Source of the DNA: Nitrospira tepida
GTDB lineage: Bacteria; Nitrospirota; Nitrospiria; Nitrospirales; Nitrospiraceae
Assembly (NCBI RefSeq): GCF_947241125.1
Contig: NZ_OX365700.1
Span: 3,916,461-3,940,460, forward strand
Direction of reading: 5' to 3'
DNA: 24,000 nt
Under the pieces are notes generated by a model. The model ran no database searches. It worked only from the letters and a program-made list of their open reading frames with translations, and was not told the DNA's origin. Position numbers and translations under genes: made by a program. The first letter of the stretch is position 1; each line of letters opens with the position of its first letter. This document shows positions 7,248 to 15,217 of this stretch, piece after piece.

Positions 7248-7641
7248 CCTTCACCTCCGTTTGTACCTCACCGCCGGGGTCATCGTGGACACAGCAGGTG
7301 ACAGACTGATCCGGTCGCCGCTCATTGATGGCTGCCTTGTACGCAGCGTAGGCCTTGAGTGCCCATTCCTCGCCAGGACAGCCTTGCATGGTCATCGCCA
7401 CGTTCAGAAATTCCAGGATTTCTGCTTGCGTTGCATCTCGTTCCACCGCCATGCGGACATAGGCCCGAATGCAGGGCTCGCAGCGAATCGCGATGGAGAT
7501 GGCCATGGCAGTGAGCAATTTATACTTGGCCGCGACCGCCGCATCACGATAGGTTTCCTGCCGCATGCGCAGGAGCCCGCCGGTCACGGTCGGGCTGACG
7601 CGACGCAACTCCTGAAACAGAGCCTCGTTTTCCCGATCCAT
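7228..7641 (-). CDS. carboxymuconolactone decarboxylase family (AhpD-like) protein
   Basis: 137 aa with AMAISIAIRCEPCIRAYVRMAVERDATQAEILEFLNVAMTMQGCPGEEWALKAYAAYK, a CMD fold with CxxC. It overlaps the downstream DsrE start by 20 nt. Confidence 0.85.
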   Translation of the reverse strand: MDRENEALFQELRRVSPTVTGGLLRMRQETYRDAAVAAKYKLLTAMAISIAIRCEPCIRAYVRMAVERDATQAEILEFLNVAMTMQGCPGEEWALKAYAAYKAAINERRPDQSVTCCVHDDPGGEVQTEVKDEDERL

Positions 7642-7689
7642 GCCTCACCTCACGCATAGAGGATGATTGGAGCGTTGTTCATCCGGTCT

Positions 7690-8115
7690 TCATGGCAGGC
7701 CCGACTGGCCTTTCCGTTCCTTCAAGCTCTTCAAGATCGCGCACTCCGCGGTGGGGCGACCGGCTCGGCACGCGCGGATTAAGCCGCCGAGCGCCCGCGC
7801 CAGAGCTTGGAGATCTCGAACCTTGACCTTCACGTGGGCTAATTTGGCTTCCGCTCTCCGTTGGACCTCGCCGCAGCGAGCGGTTGATCGCACTTCCAGG
7901 TCCAGCAATTCGACGATTTCCTTCAGCGTGAAACCCAAGGCTTGGGCATTCTTGATAAACCGAAGGCGCTGAAGCGCATCATTCGCGTACAACCGGTATC
8001 CGGACGGTCTGCGGTCTGTCGGTTGAAGCAGCCTGCGCCGCTCGTAATAGCGGAGGGTCTGGACATTCACCCCGGCCGCCTTGGCCAACTGTCCGATTGT
8101 CAGTCCGGAAGTCAT
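7690..8115 (-). CDS. MerR-family heavy-metal-type transcriptional regulator
   Basis: MTSGLTIGQLAKAAGVNVQTLRYYERRRLLQPTDRRPSGYRLYANDALQRLRFIKNAQALGFTLKEI is an HTH_MerR domain. Cys residues occur in RCGEVQ and CRAGRPTAEC. Confidence 0.93.
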   Translation of the reverse strand: MTSGLTIGQLAKAAGVNVQTLRYYERRRLLQPTDRRPSGYRLYANDALQRLRFIKNAQALGFTLKEIVELLDLEVRSTARCGEVQRRAEAKLAHVKVKVRDLQALARALGGLIRACRAGRPTAECAILKSLKERKGQSGLP

Positions 8116-8206
8116 AACAACTCCCTCAATCTGATGAAAGAACGATGCGCCTCACTCGGGGGTTGCAAGGCCTCATCTCCGGATCCCCACGTCAAACGAG
8201 CCTTAC

Positions 8207-8236
8207 GGGCGACCGGGGTCCGCACCCCGGTCGCCC
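8207..8236 (+). terminator. strong GC hairpin, possible terminator
   Basis: GGGCGACCGGGGT-CCGC-ACCCCGGTCGCCC, a 13-bp perfect stem with a 4-nt loop, followed by TCTTTC on the plus strand. Confidence 0.5.
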
Positions 8237-8367
8237 TCTTTCGCCTCTGTCCTGCCTACGCGAAGCAGCTCTGCACCCACTGCCAGGCCTTGGATGCCGC
8301 CTCAAACGGACAGAAGCCGAGTGTAGCGACCCATGGGCACATCGGCCTCACCTCCCTTCAGAGCCCG

Positions 8368-8399
8368 ATGCTACACCCTGCACCATGGTACCGAGTCAA
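8368..8399 (-). promoter_or_regulatory. possible MerR-type promoter/operator
   Basis: Minus strand TTGACT (8399-8394) + 20 nt + TAGCAT (8373-8368), with the ACCATGGT palindrome (8382-8389) in the spacer. The long spacer is typical of MerR-controlled promoters. Confidence 0.25.
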
Positions 8400-8640
8400 G
8401 GGGTGCGATACATCTGAACAGAGAGGATCCTGTAAGAACGGCCGGCCAGAGCTGACTGAGGGTTTTGACGACCCGATCCTGCCGCGGGGTCGGAGGGCAC
8501 TGCTGTCCAAATCAATTGTGAGCCAGCTTACAGATGCGCGATGCCTCATCCGGTACGGTTTCTGGCCGGCACCTTGACGGAGCGGCAGGCGGTTGATACA
8601 TAGACCCAGCTCGATGGACCGATTAACCGACGAGGAGGCT

Positions 8641-9828
8641 ATGCCGACAGACGAGATCACCCAACAGGTCAGTGCGCGATACGCGCGGGCGGCGGCGGCG
8701 GGCGAGCCGATGTGCTGCCCCACCGGGTACGATTTTGCCGATCTGAAGACCTTCATCCCGGAAGAAGTGCTGAACATCTCTTATGGTTGCGGAACTCCCG
8801 CCGGCCTCAAGACGGTGGCTCCCGGGGAAACCGTGTTGGACATCGGCTCCGGCGGCGGGATCGATTGTTTCGAAGCCTCTCGGCTGGTCGGCCCTTCCGG
8901 GCGTGTGATCGGTCTCGACATGACGGACACCATGCTGGACATCGCCCGGCGCAATGCGCCCATCGTCGCCGCCAATCTGGGCTACCCTGCTCCCAACGTC
9001 GAGTTTCGTAAAGGCCTGGCCGACGCGATGCCGGTCGGGGACGACACGATCGATCTGGTCATTTCGAACTGCGTGATCAACCTCACGCCGGATAAGCGAA
9101 AGGTGTTCGGGGAAATGTTCCGGGTGGTCAGGCCCGGCGGGCGGTTTACGATTTCCGATATCGTGTCGGATCAAGCCGTGCCGCAATACCTCATCCACGA
9201 CCGCGAGAAATGGGGGGACTGCCTGTCCGGCGCCCTCACGGTCGCCGATTACTTCAATGGGCTTACCGAAGCGGGTTTCGTGGGCGTGCACCAGCTCACG
9301 TTCACACCCTGGCAGGTCATCGACGGCATTCATTTCCTTTCGCTGACCTTAACGGGGTACAAGATTGGTCCGGGTTCACGCTCAGACGTTCCTCGCTACG
9401 CTACACTTCGAGGTCCGTTCAAGCAGGTGATCGACGAGAACGGCCGGACGTTCAGGCGCGGAGTTTCGCAGGCCATCGACGAGACGACCGCTTTGGTGCT
9501 TCGCACCGCTCCTTTCGAATCGTGCTTTTTGCTCTCAGAGGAGCCGCTCCCTCTTGTCCCGCCGGACCCGAGGCTGACGGGAATCGTGCCTGAGCCGTCA
9601 CCCTGCGTTTGGAAGGGACACTTCGCCCTGTTGACCGGGCCGTTTCAGGAGGGGTGCGACGATGACCACCATGTGTACCGGCGAGGAGTGCCTTTGGAGA
9701 TTTGCTCCAAGACGCTCGCGGTATTGGACAGCCCCGCCTATCGACCCCACTTCGCGATCATCAATCGGGCCGGCCATGCCGTGTCGGGTACGGCTGTGTC
9801 CTGCGACCCGAACGGCGCCTGCTGTTGA
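8641..9828 (+). CDS. arsM: ArsM-like SAM-dependent (arsenite) methyltransferase with Cys-terminated C-terminal extension
   Basis: GAGGAGG is directly upstream of ATG 8641. MCCPTGYDFADLKTFIPEEVLNISYGCGTPAGLKTVAPGETVLDIGSGGGIDCFEAS...GDCLSGAL matches an ArsM-type methyltransferase. It ends SCDPNGACC and lies adjacent to arsS. Confidence 0.8.
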   Translation: MPTDEITQQVSARYARAAAAGEPMCCPTGYDFADLKTFIPEEVLNISYGCGTPAGLKTVAPGETVLDIGSGGGIDCFEASRLVGPSGRVIGLDMTDTMLDIARRNAPIVAANLGYPAPNVEFRKGLADAMPVGDDTIDLVISNCVINLTPDKRKVFGEMFRVVRPGGRFTISDIVSDQAVPQYLIHDREKWGDCLSGALTVADYFNGLTEAGFVGVHQLTFTPWQVIDGIHFLSLTLTGYKIGPGSRSDVPRYATLRGPFKQVIDENGRTFRRGVSQAIDETTALVLRTAPFESCFLLSEEPLPLVPPDPRLTGIVPEPSPCVWKGHFALLTGPFQEGCDDDHHVYRRGVPLEICSKTLAVLDSPAYRPHFAIINRAGHAVSGTAVSCDPNGACC

Positions 9829-9831
9829 GCC

Positions 9832-10881
9832 ATGGCCCCTCTCGCTTCAACCTTAGCGGCCCGTTCCAGCCCCTTGGCCTCGACAGGCCGGCAGCTCCAG
9901 ATGCTCGCCCAGACAACCGCCTGCTCGGCCTTTGACAAACAGCTTGAACAAGCGGGCCTCCATCCCTTGCATGCCACCGGCATCACAGTTTTCCAGATCA
10001 ACGTCGGCAAGCTGTGTAACCAAACCTGCCGCCATTGCCATGTGGATGCCGGTCCGGACCGCACCGAATCGATGTCCCGAGGGACCGCGGAACTCTGTAT
10101 CGCGGCCTTGGCGAAGACCGACATTCCGACAGTCGATATCACGGGCGGGGCGCCGGAGCTGAATCCGAACTTTCGCTGGCTGGTCGAGCAAGCCCGTGCG
10201 CTCGGCCGGCACGTCATGGATCGCTGCAATCTGACGGTCCTGCTGCTCCCCTCGCAAGCGGATCTCGGCTCGTTTCTCGCCCATCACCGCGTGGAGGTGG
10301 TCGCCTCGCTTCCCTATTACCGAGCCGGCCAGACGGATGCGCAACGCGGCGAGGGCGTGTTCGACAAATCCATCCGGGGCCTTCGTCTGCTGAATGAGTT
10401 GGGATACGGCCGCGAAGGCAGCGGGTTGGTCCTCAACCTCATCTACAATCCCGTCGGGGCCTTCCTGCCTCCGAAGCAAGAGGCAATCGAATCCCAATTT
10501 CGCAAGGAGCTGGCGCAACGTTATGGGGTGACGTTCACGCATCTCTACACCATCGCCAACATGCCGATCAGCCGGTTCTTGGAGTTTCTGGTGGAGAGCG
10601 GCAACTATGACGGCTACATGGAGCGGCTCGCTACTGCGTTCAACCCGGCGGCTGCGGCCGGGGTCATGTGTCGCTATACCCTCTCGGTCGGCTGGGACGG
10701 CACGCTCTACGATTGCGACTTCAACCAGATGCTCGACCTGCCGGTTGACGGCCGTGTCCCGCAACATATTCGCGATTTCGACCCCGCTCGACTTGATCAC
10801 CGCCAGATCGTCACCCGCAACCATTGTTACGGCTGCACGGCCGGCTCCGGCTCCTCCTGTGGCGGCGCCGTGACCGGCTAA
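9832..10881 (+). CDS. arsS: arsenosugar biosynthesis radical SAM protein ArsS (radical SAM/Cys-rich family)
   Basis: FQINVGKLCNQTCRHCHVDAGPDR contains the radical SAM CxxxCxxC. The C-terminal MCRYTLSVGWDGTLYDCDFNQML...NHCYGCTAGSGSSCGGAV is diagnostic of this family. Confidence 0.92.
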   Translation: MAPLASTLAARSSPLASTGRQLQMLAQTTACSAFDKQLEQAGLHPLHATGITVFQINVGKLCNQTCRHCHVDAGPDRTESMSRGTAELCIAALAKTDIPTVDITGGAPELNPNFRWLVEQARALGRHVMDRCNLTVLLLPSQADLGSFLAHHRVEVVASLPYYRAGQTDAQRGEGVFDKSIRGLRLLNELGYGREGSGLVLNLIYNPVGAFLPPKQEAIESQFRKELAQRYGVTFTHLYTIANMPISRFLEFLVESGNYDGYMERLATAFNPAAAAGVMCRYTLSVGWDGTLYDCDFNQMLDLPVDGRVPQHIRDFDPARLDHRQIVTRNHCYGCTAGSGSSCGGAVTG

Positions 10882-10886
10882 GCCCC

Positions 10887-12026
10887 ATGGACATCCCAGC
10901 GCTCACCCTGTTCCTCATCTTGGCCCTGGCCTTTGCCAACGGAGCCAACGACGTGTCGAAATCCATCGCCACGTTGGTCGGCGGGGGTATCACCGACTAT
11001 CGGACGGCCATCCTCTGGGGAAGCCTCTGGACTACCGTCGGCGCCGGGGCCTCCGCCTTCCTCACCGGCGCCATGATCCACACGTTCAGTCACGGCCTCA
11101 TTCACCCGGGCGTGATCGTGCCGCCGACCATGGCGCTGGCCGTCCTGCTCGGCTCAATGGCCTGGGTCCTGTTCGCCTCGCGGACTGGCCTTCCGGTTTC
11201 CACCACCCATGCCTTAACCGGCTCGATCGTCGGAACCGGGCTCACAGCCTTCGGCGGCGAGGGATTGGTCTGGTCCGCAATCGGGCAAAAGATCGTCCTT
11301 CCGTTGCTGCTCAGTCCGTTACTTGCCTTCACAGCCTCTTTTGTCCTCCACTCTCTGGTGCGCCTGCTCGCCGCACGTTGGGAAGGCGCCTGCCTGTGCG
11401 TGATGCCCGCCTCCCGTGCCCTGGTTGCCATCGATGCACATGGCGGAACCCGCACGCTGTTTCAATCGTCTCGATTCGGACAGCCGGTGATGGCCGTGCC
11501 GGCTCAGTGCGACCAGGCCGGCTTACAGGGGTTGGTGGTCGGCCTCGACACCATCCATTGGATCTCCAGCGGCCTCACATCGTTTGCTCGAGGCACCAAC
11601 GATGCGCCGAAGATCGTGGCGATGCTGCTCTTAGGCAGCGCCGTGACGTCTTGGTCAAGTATAGCGATGCAAGTCCTGGCCTATGCCGGCGTCGCCGCTG
11701 CAATGGGATGGGGCAGCTACCTCGGCGGGGCTCGGGTGACGGAACTGCTCGCCGAAAAGGTCACAAGGATGAACCATACGGAAGGGCTGTCCGCCAATCT
11801 CACGACCTCGTCGCTCGTCCTCCTCTCCGGGACGCTGGGACTACCGGTTTCGACGACCCACGTCAGCAGCTCAGCCATCATCGGTATCGGCCTCCTCAAG
11901 GGTTTGGCCTGCGTCCGGTGGACAACCGTCCGCGACATGCTGCTTGCCTGGATCGTGACCCTGCCGGTCTCCGCCCTCCTCTCCATGCTCGCCTTCCTTT
12001 TGCTCCACCGGATGTCAGGGGCCTGA
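10887..12026 (+). CDS. inorganic phosphate transporter, PiT family
   Basis: MDIPALTLFLILALAFANGANDVSKSIATLVGGGITDYRTAILWGSLWTTVGAGASAFLTG and LPVSTTHALTGSIVGTG / LPVSTTHVSSSAIIGIG are duplicated PiT signatures. It starts 5 nt after the arsS stop. Confidence 0.93.
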   Translation: MDIPALTLFLILALAFANGANDVSKSIATLVGGGITDYRTAILWGSLWTTVGAGASAFLTGAMIHTFSHGLIHPGVIVPPTMALAVLLGSMAWVLFASRTGLPVSTTHALTGSIVGTGLTAFGGEGLVWSAIGQKIVLPLLLSPLLAFTASFVLHSLVRLLAARWEGACLCVMPASRALVAIDAHGGTRTLFQSSRFGQPVMAVPAQCDQAGLQGLVVGLDTIHWISSGLTSFARGTNDAPKIVAMLLLGSAVTSWSSIAMQVLAYAGVAAAMGWGSYLGGARVTELLAEKVTRMNHTEGLSANLTTSSLVLLSGTLGLPVSTTHVSSSAIIGIGLLKGLACVRWTTVRDMLLAWIVTLPVSALLSMLAFLLLHRMSGA

Positions 12027-12112
12027 CAGTTTTGAAGGGTGGGTATCGTACACAAGATGATGCCGTGGACTCATACGGCATGACTCCGCAACGCAAGGAG
12101 AAGCGTGAATAA

Positions 12113-13213
12113 ATGTGTCCCTCTCCCCGCCAATCCCGGTATAGGCCATTGAGAAATCCTCTGGCAAGGCCGCTCTCTTCCTGCGTCATGGGCATCCTGT
12201 TTCTGACATTCGGTCTGGAAACCACATCTGGGCCGGTTGGGTATGCGTGGGATTGGGTGCCGACCGAGGAAGAGATTCGCCGATATCGGCAGAGTTGGAA
12301 CCCGCTCTCCAACGGTCCGATCTTTATCAGCGGCGTCGATATTCATCCCCGGGGACAGTTCACCTTTCATCCGTTTTTGTTTTCCCAGGTGAGCGAGAAA
12401 CGATTTGGAAACGATCTGACCGTCAACAGCCAACCCTCGCCGATCCATACGTACCAGATCGCCCCGGTCGTCACGATGGCTTATGGGCTGACCAATCACC
12501 TCGAGCTGAACGTGGGACTCTCCGGTTCGTTCTGGTGGGCACGATCGACCACGCAGCTTAACCAAGGACAAGGCGGACCCTGGACCACCGATTCCGGAGT
12601 GGGAGACACGCAGATTTATCTTAAATACCGCCCCATCGTGCAGGATCCGAACGGCTGGCGTCCTTCGGTCACGACCTTCAATATGATCGTGCTCCCTACC
12701 AGTCGCTGGATCACGGGCAGCGAAAGCCCGCCCGGCGGATTCGCTCCGTTGGGTCGGTTGCCTGCTTCGCGATTCGGATCGCTGACGTGGACCGAGGGCG
12801 TCATGTTCCGCAAGAACCTCCGCCCCTTTCGTCTCAGCGGCGGCGTGTTCTACTCCTATCATTTACCGGGAAGCGATGCCGGCCAAAGCACGTATCCCGC
12901 CGACATCATCAATACCAGACTGATCATCGAACACCTGCTCAATGATGACCGTGGATTCGGGTACAACCTGGAGTTTGTCGGATTTCACGGGCTCCCGTGG
13001 CGGGCGGACGGACATCCGATCAATGTCGGCCAGCGGAACGGGTTCAATTCGCTGGGCGTGCAACCAACTATTCAATATCGGCTTGGCGATCATTGGGTCG
13101 GCGCCGCGGGCGTGCTCTTCACCGTAGCCGGACAGAATGTTCAGGATGCGATCTTCCCGAATTTCTCCATTTATTACTACTGGGGCAAGGGAGGAAGAGT
13201 AATCATGCGGTAG
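12113..13213 (+). CDS. outer-membrane beta-barrel-like protein of unknown function
   Basis: 366 aa with an N-terminal hydrophobic export-like segment and alternating aromatic strands (FGYNLEFVGFHGL, TIQYRLGDHWVGAAGVLFTVAG, FSIYYYWGKGGRVIMR). Confidence 0.65.
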   Translation: MCPSPRQSRYRPLRNPLARPLSSCVMGILFLTFGLETTSGPVGYAWDWVPTEEEIRRYRQSWNPLSNGPIFISGVDIHPRGQFTFHPFLFSQVSEKRFGNDLTVNSQPSPIHTYQIAPVVTMAYGLTNHLELNVGLSGSFWWARSTTQLNQGQGGPWTTDSGVGDTQIYLKYRPIVQDPNGWRPSVTTFNMIVLPTSRWITGSESPPGGFAPLGRLPASRFGSLTWTEGVMFRKNLRPFRLSGGVFYSYHLPGSDAGQSTYPADIINTRLIIEHLLNDDRGFGYNLEFVGFHGLPWRADGHPINVGQRNGFNSLGVQPTIQYRLGDHWVGAAGVLFTVAGQNVQDAIFPNFSIYYYWGKGGRVIMR

Positions 13214-13304
13214 ACCTGCGACCGGAATGTCTTGCCCAGCCCGTATGAACCTGTTAAGGTGAGTTCCAGCTACTCTGAACAGCTTTCCTACGCGACACTA
13301 CTGA

Positions 13305-14354
13305 ATGGTCTGGAATCCCAAAGATCCCTGGAGCAGAAACGACCCGGGAGTGGATGAAGCGCTTCGCAAGGCTTCGGCCCAACTCCGGGAGATGATGCCT
13401 CGACGGGGGGCGCGCTCGATAGTCCTCGTCATTCTCGCCATTGTTCTCGCGTTCCAAAGCGCTTTTATCGTCGCTCCGGACGAAGAGGGCGTCGTTAAAC
13501 GGTTCGGCGACGTCGTCCGCACGGTCGGGCCTGGTCCTCACCTCAAGCTGCCGTTCATCGAATCGGTGCTGCACCCCAAGGTGGCCAAGTTGCACCGGCT
13601 GGAGGTCGGGTTCCGAAAGGACGCCCGCGGGCAGTCTGTGATGATTCCCCGCGAAGCCCTCATGCTGACCGGCGACGAAAACATCATCGCTGTGGAATTC
13701 ATCGTCCAGTACAAGATCAAGAACGCGCGGCACTATCTATTCGAGGTGGATGATGTGGAGGATACCGTCGCCGAAGCGGCGGAGGCCTCCATGCGCGAGG
13801 TGATCGGCAAAACGAAGATCGACGACGCCTTAACGACCGGCAAGGCTCAGATCCAGCAAGGCACGCAGGACCTGCTACAGAGCATTCTCGACCGCTACAA
13901 CGCCGGCGTCCATATTGCAGCCGTGCAGCTCCAAGACGTCGATCCTCCCGAAGCCGTCGTCGCCGCGTTCAAGGATGTCGCCAGCGCCAAGGAAGACCGG
14001 GAGCGTCTGATCAACCAGGCGCAAGGTTATCGCAACGACATCATCCCGCGGGCGAAAGGACAAGCGGCCCAAGTGGTCAATGAGGCCAAGGGGCAAGCTC
14101 AGGCGCGGGTCGCCAGAGCCGAGGGGGAGGCGGCTCGTTTCGTCAAGACGTTGAAAGAATACCAACAGGCCAAGGACGTCATTGCGAAACGCATTTACAT
14201 CGAGACGATGGAACAGGTGCTGTCCGGCGTGGAGAAGATAATCCTGGATAGTAAGACTGGCGACCGCGTGCTGCCCTATTTACCGCTCGATCGGCTCCAG
14301 AAGAGACCCCGTCAGACCGGTTCGGAAAGCGGCGCCGAACGAGGAGGCCCCTGA
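13305..14354 (+). CDS. hflK: FtsH protease activity modulator HflK
   Basis: MVWNPKDPWSRNDPG..., a TM segment, EEGVVKRFGDVVRTVGPGPHLKLPFI and the SPFH domain ALTTGKAQIQQGTQDLLQSILDRYNAGVHIAAVQLQDVDPPEAVVAAFKDVASAKEDRERLINQAQ. Confidence 0.95.
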   Translation: MVWNPKDPWSRNDPGVDEALRKASAQLREMMPRRGARSIVLVILAIVLAFQSAFIVAPDEEGVVKRFGDVVRTVGPGPHLKLPFIESVLHPKVAKLHRLEVGFRKDARGQSVMIPREALMLTGDENIIAVEFIVQYKIKNARHYLFEVDDVEDTVAEAAEASMREVIGKTKIDDALTTGKAQIQQGTQDLLQSILDRYNAGVHIAAVQLQDVDPPEAVVAAFKDVASAKEDRERLINQAQGYRNDIIPRAKGQAAQVVNEAKGQAQARVARAEGEAARFVKTLKEYQQAKDVIAKRIYIETMEQVLSGVEKIILDSKTGDRVLPYLPLDRLQKRPRQTGSESGAERGGP

Positions 14355-14356
14355 AC

Positions 14357-15211
14357 ATGAAGAACCTGATCGTGGGCATCCTGGCGGTACTGGTTCTGTT
14401 GTTTGTATTCGGCGCCTCCCCGCTGTACGTGGTGGACGTGACACAAAGCGCGATCGTCGTCGAGTTGGGCAAGCCCGTCCGAACCGTCACCGTGCCTGGC
14501 CTCTACGTCAAGACTCCGTTCATCCAGGACGTCACGTACTTCGACAAACGCCTGCTCGATTACGACTCGGCCCCACAGGACGTGATTACCCAGGACAAGA
14601 AGACTCTGGTAATCGACAACTTCGCCAAGTGGCGGATTACCGACCCCCTCAAGGTGTATCAGGCCTTTCAGTCCCAGGCTGGCGCGCTCCGGCGTCTGGA
14701 CGACATCATTTACTCGGAACTGCGGGTGGAAGTGGGCCGCCACGATCTTTCGGAGATTGTTTCCCAGACACGGTCCGACATCATGCACATCGTCACCGAG
14801 CGCGCCAATGAAAAGGCATCGGCCTACGGCATCGCGATCGACGACGTGCGGATCAAGCGCGCGGACCTGCCGGAACAGAACGAGAAAAACGTGTTTGCAC
14901 GCATGCAGGCGGAACGCGAACGGCAGGCCAAACAGTACCGTGCGGAAGGAGACGAGGAAGCCCAAAAAATACGCTCCGAAGCCGAGCGTGACCGAGAAAT
15001 CATCCTGGCAGAGGCCTACAAGGCTGCCGAACAACTACGCGGAGGTGGAGATGCGGAGGCCTTCCGCATCTATGCCAATGCGTACCGGCAGGACCCGAAA
15101 TTTTTTGAGCTGACCCGTTATATGGAGGCGTACAAGAAGAGTCTGGCCAAGGATACGTCGGTCATCCTCAGTCTGGACTCCGAATTTCTCCGGCTTTTCA
15201 AACAGCCCTAA
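14357..15211 (+). CDS. hflC: protease modulator HflC
   Basis: SPFH protein directly downstream of hflK. LYVVDVTQSAIVVELGKPVRTVTVPGLYVKTPFIQDVTYFDKRLLDYDSAPQDVITQDKKTLVIDNFAKWRITDPL is characteristic. Confidence 0.96.
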   Translation: MKNLIVGILAVLVLLFVFGASPLYVVDVTQSAIVVELGKPVRTVTVPGLYVKTPFIQDVTYFDKRLLDYDSAPQDVITQDKKTLVIDNFAKWRITDPLKVYQAFQSQAGALRRLDDIIYSELRVEVGRHDLSEIVSQTRSDIMHIVTERANEKASAYGIAIDDVRIKRADLPEQNEKNVFARMQAERERQAKQYRAEGDEEAQKIRSEAERDREIILAEAYKAAEQLRGGGDAEAFRIYANAYRQDPKFFELTRYMEAYKKSLAKDTSVILSLDSEFLRLFKQP

Positions 15212-15217
15212 CCAGGT

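Noticed and set aside
6705-7641. Idea that the DsrE-like gene marks a dissimilatory sulfur (dsr) cluster
   Set aside because: No dsrAB, dsrC, tusA or heterodisulfide-reductase-like genes in the window, so the DsrE-like fold alone does not support that.
7942-8577. 211-aa plus-strand ORF spanning the merR start and intergenic region
   Set aside because: Its first part is antisense to the MerR HTH and the rest has no recognisable pattern. Treated as intergenic DNA.
8623-9333. 236-aa minus-strand ORF
   Set aside because: Entirely antisense to the well-supported ArsM methyltransferase and has no family signature.
9853-10824. 323-aa minus-strand ORF
   Set aside because: Antisense to arsS, whose radical SAM motifs are unambiguous.
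12071-12862. 263-aa minus-strand ORF
   Set aside because: Overlaps the beta-barrel-like gene on the opposite strand. Composition is typical of an antisense shadow.
14312-15034. 240-aa minus-strand ORF
   Set aside because: Antisense to hflC, which is clearly the real gene.
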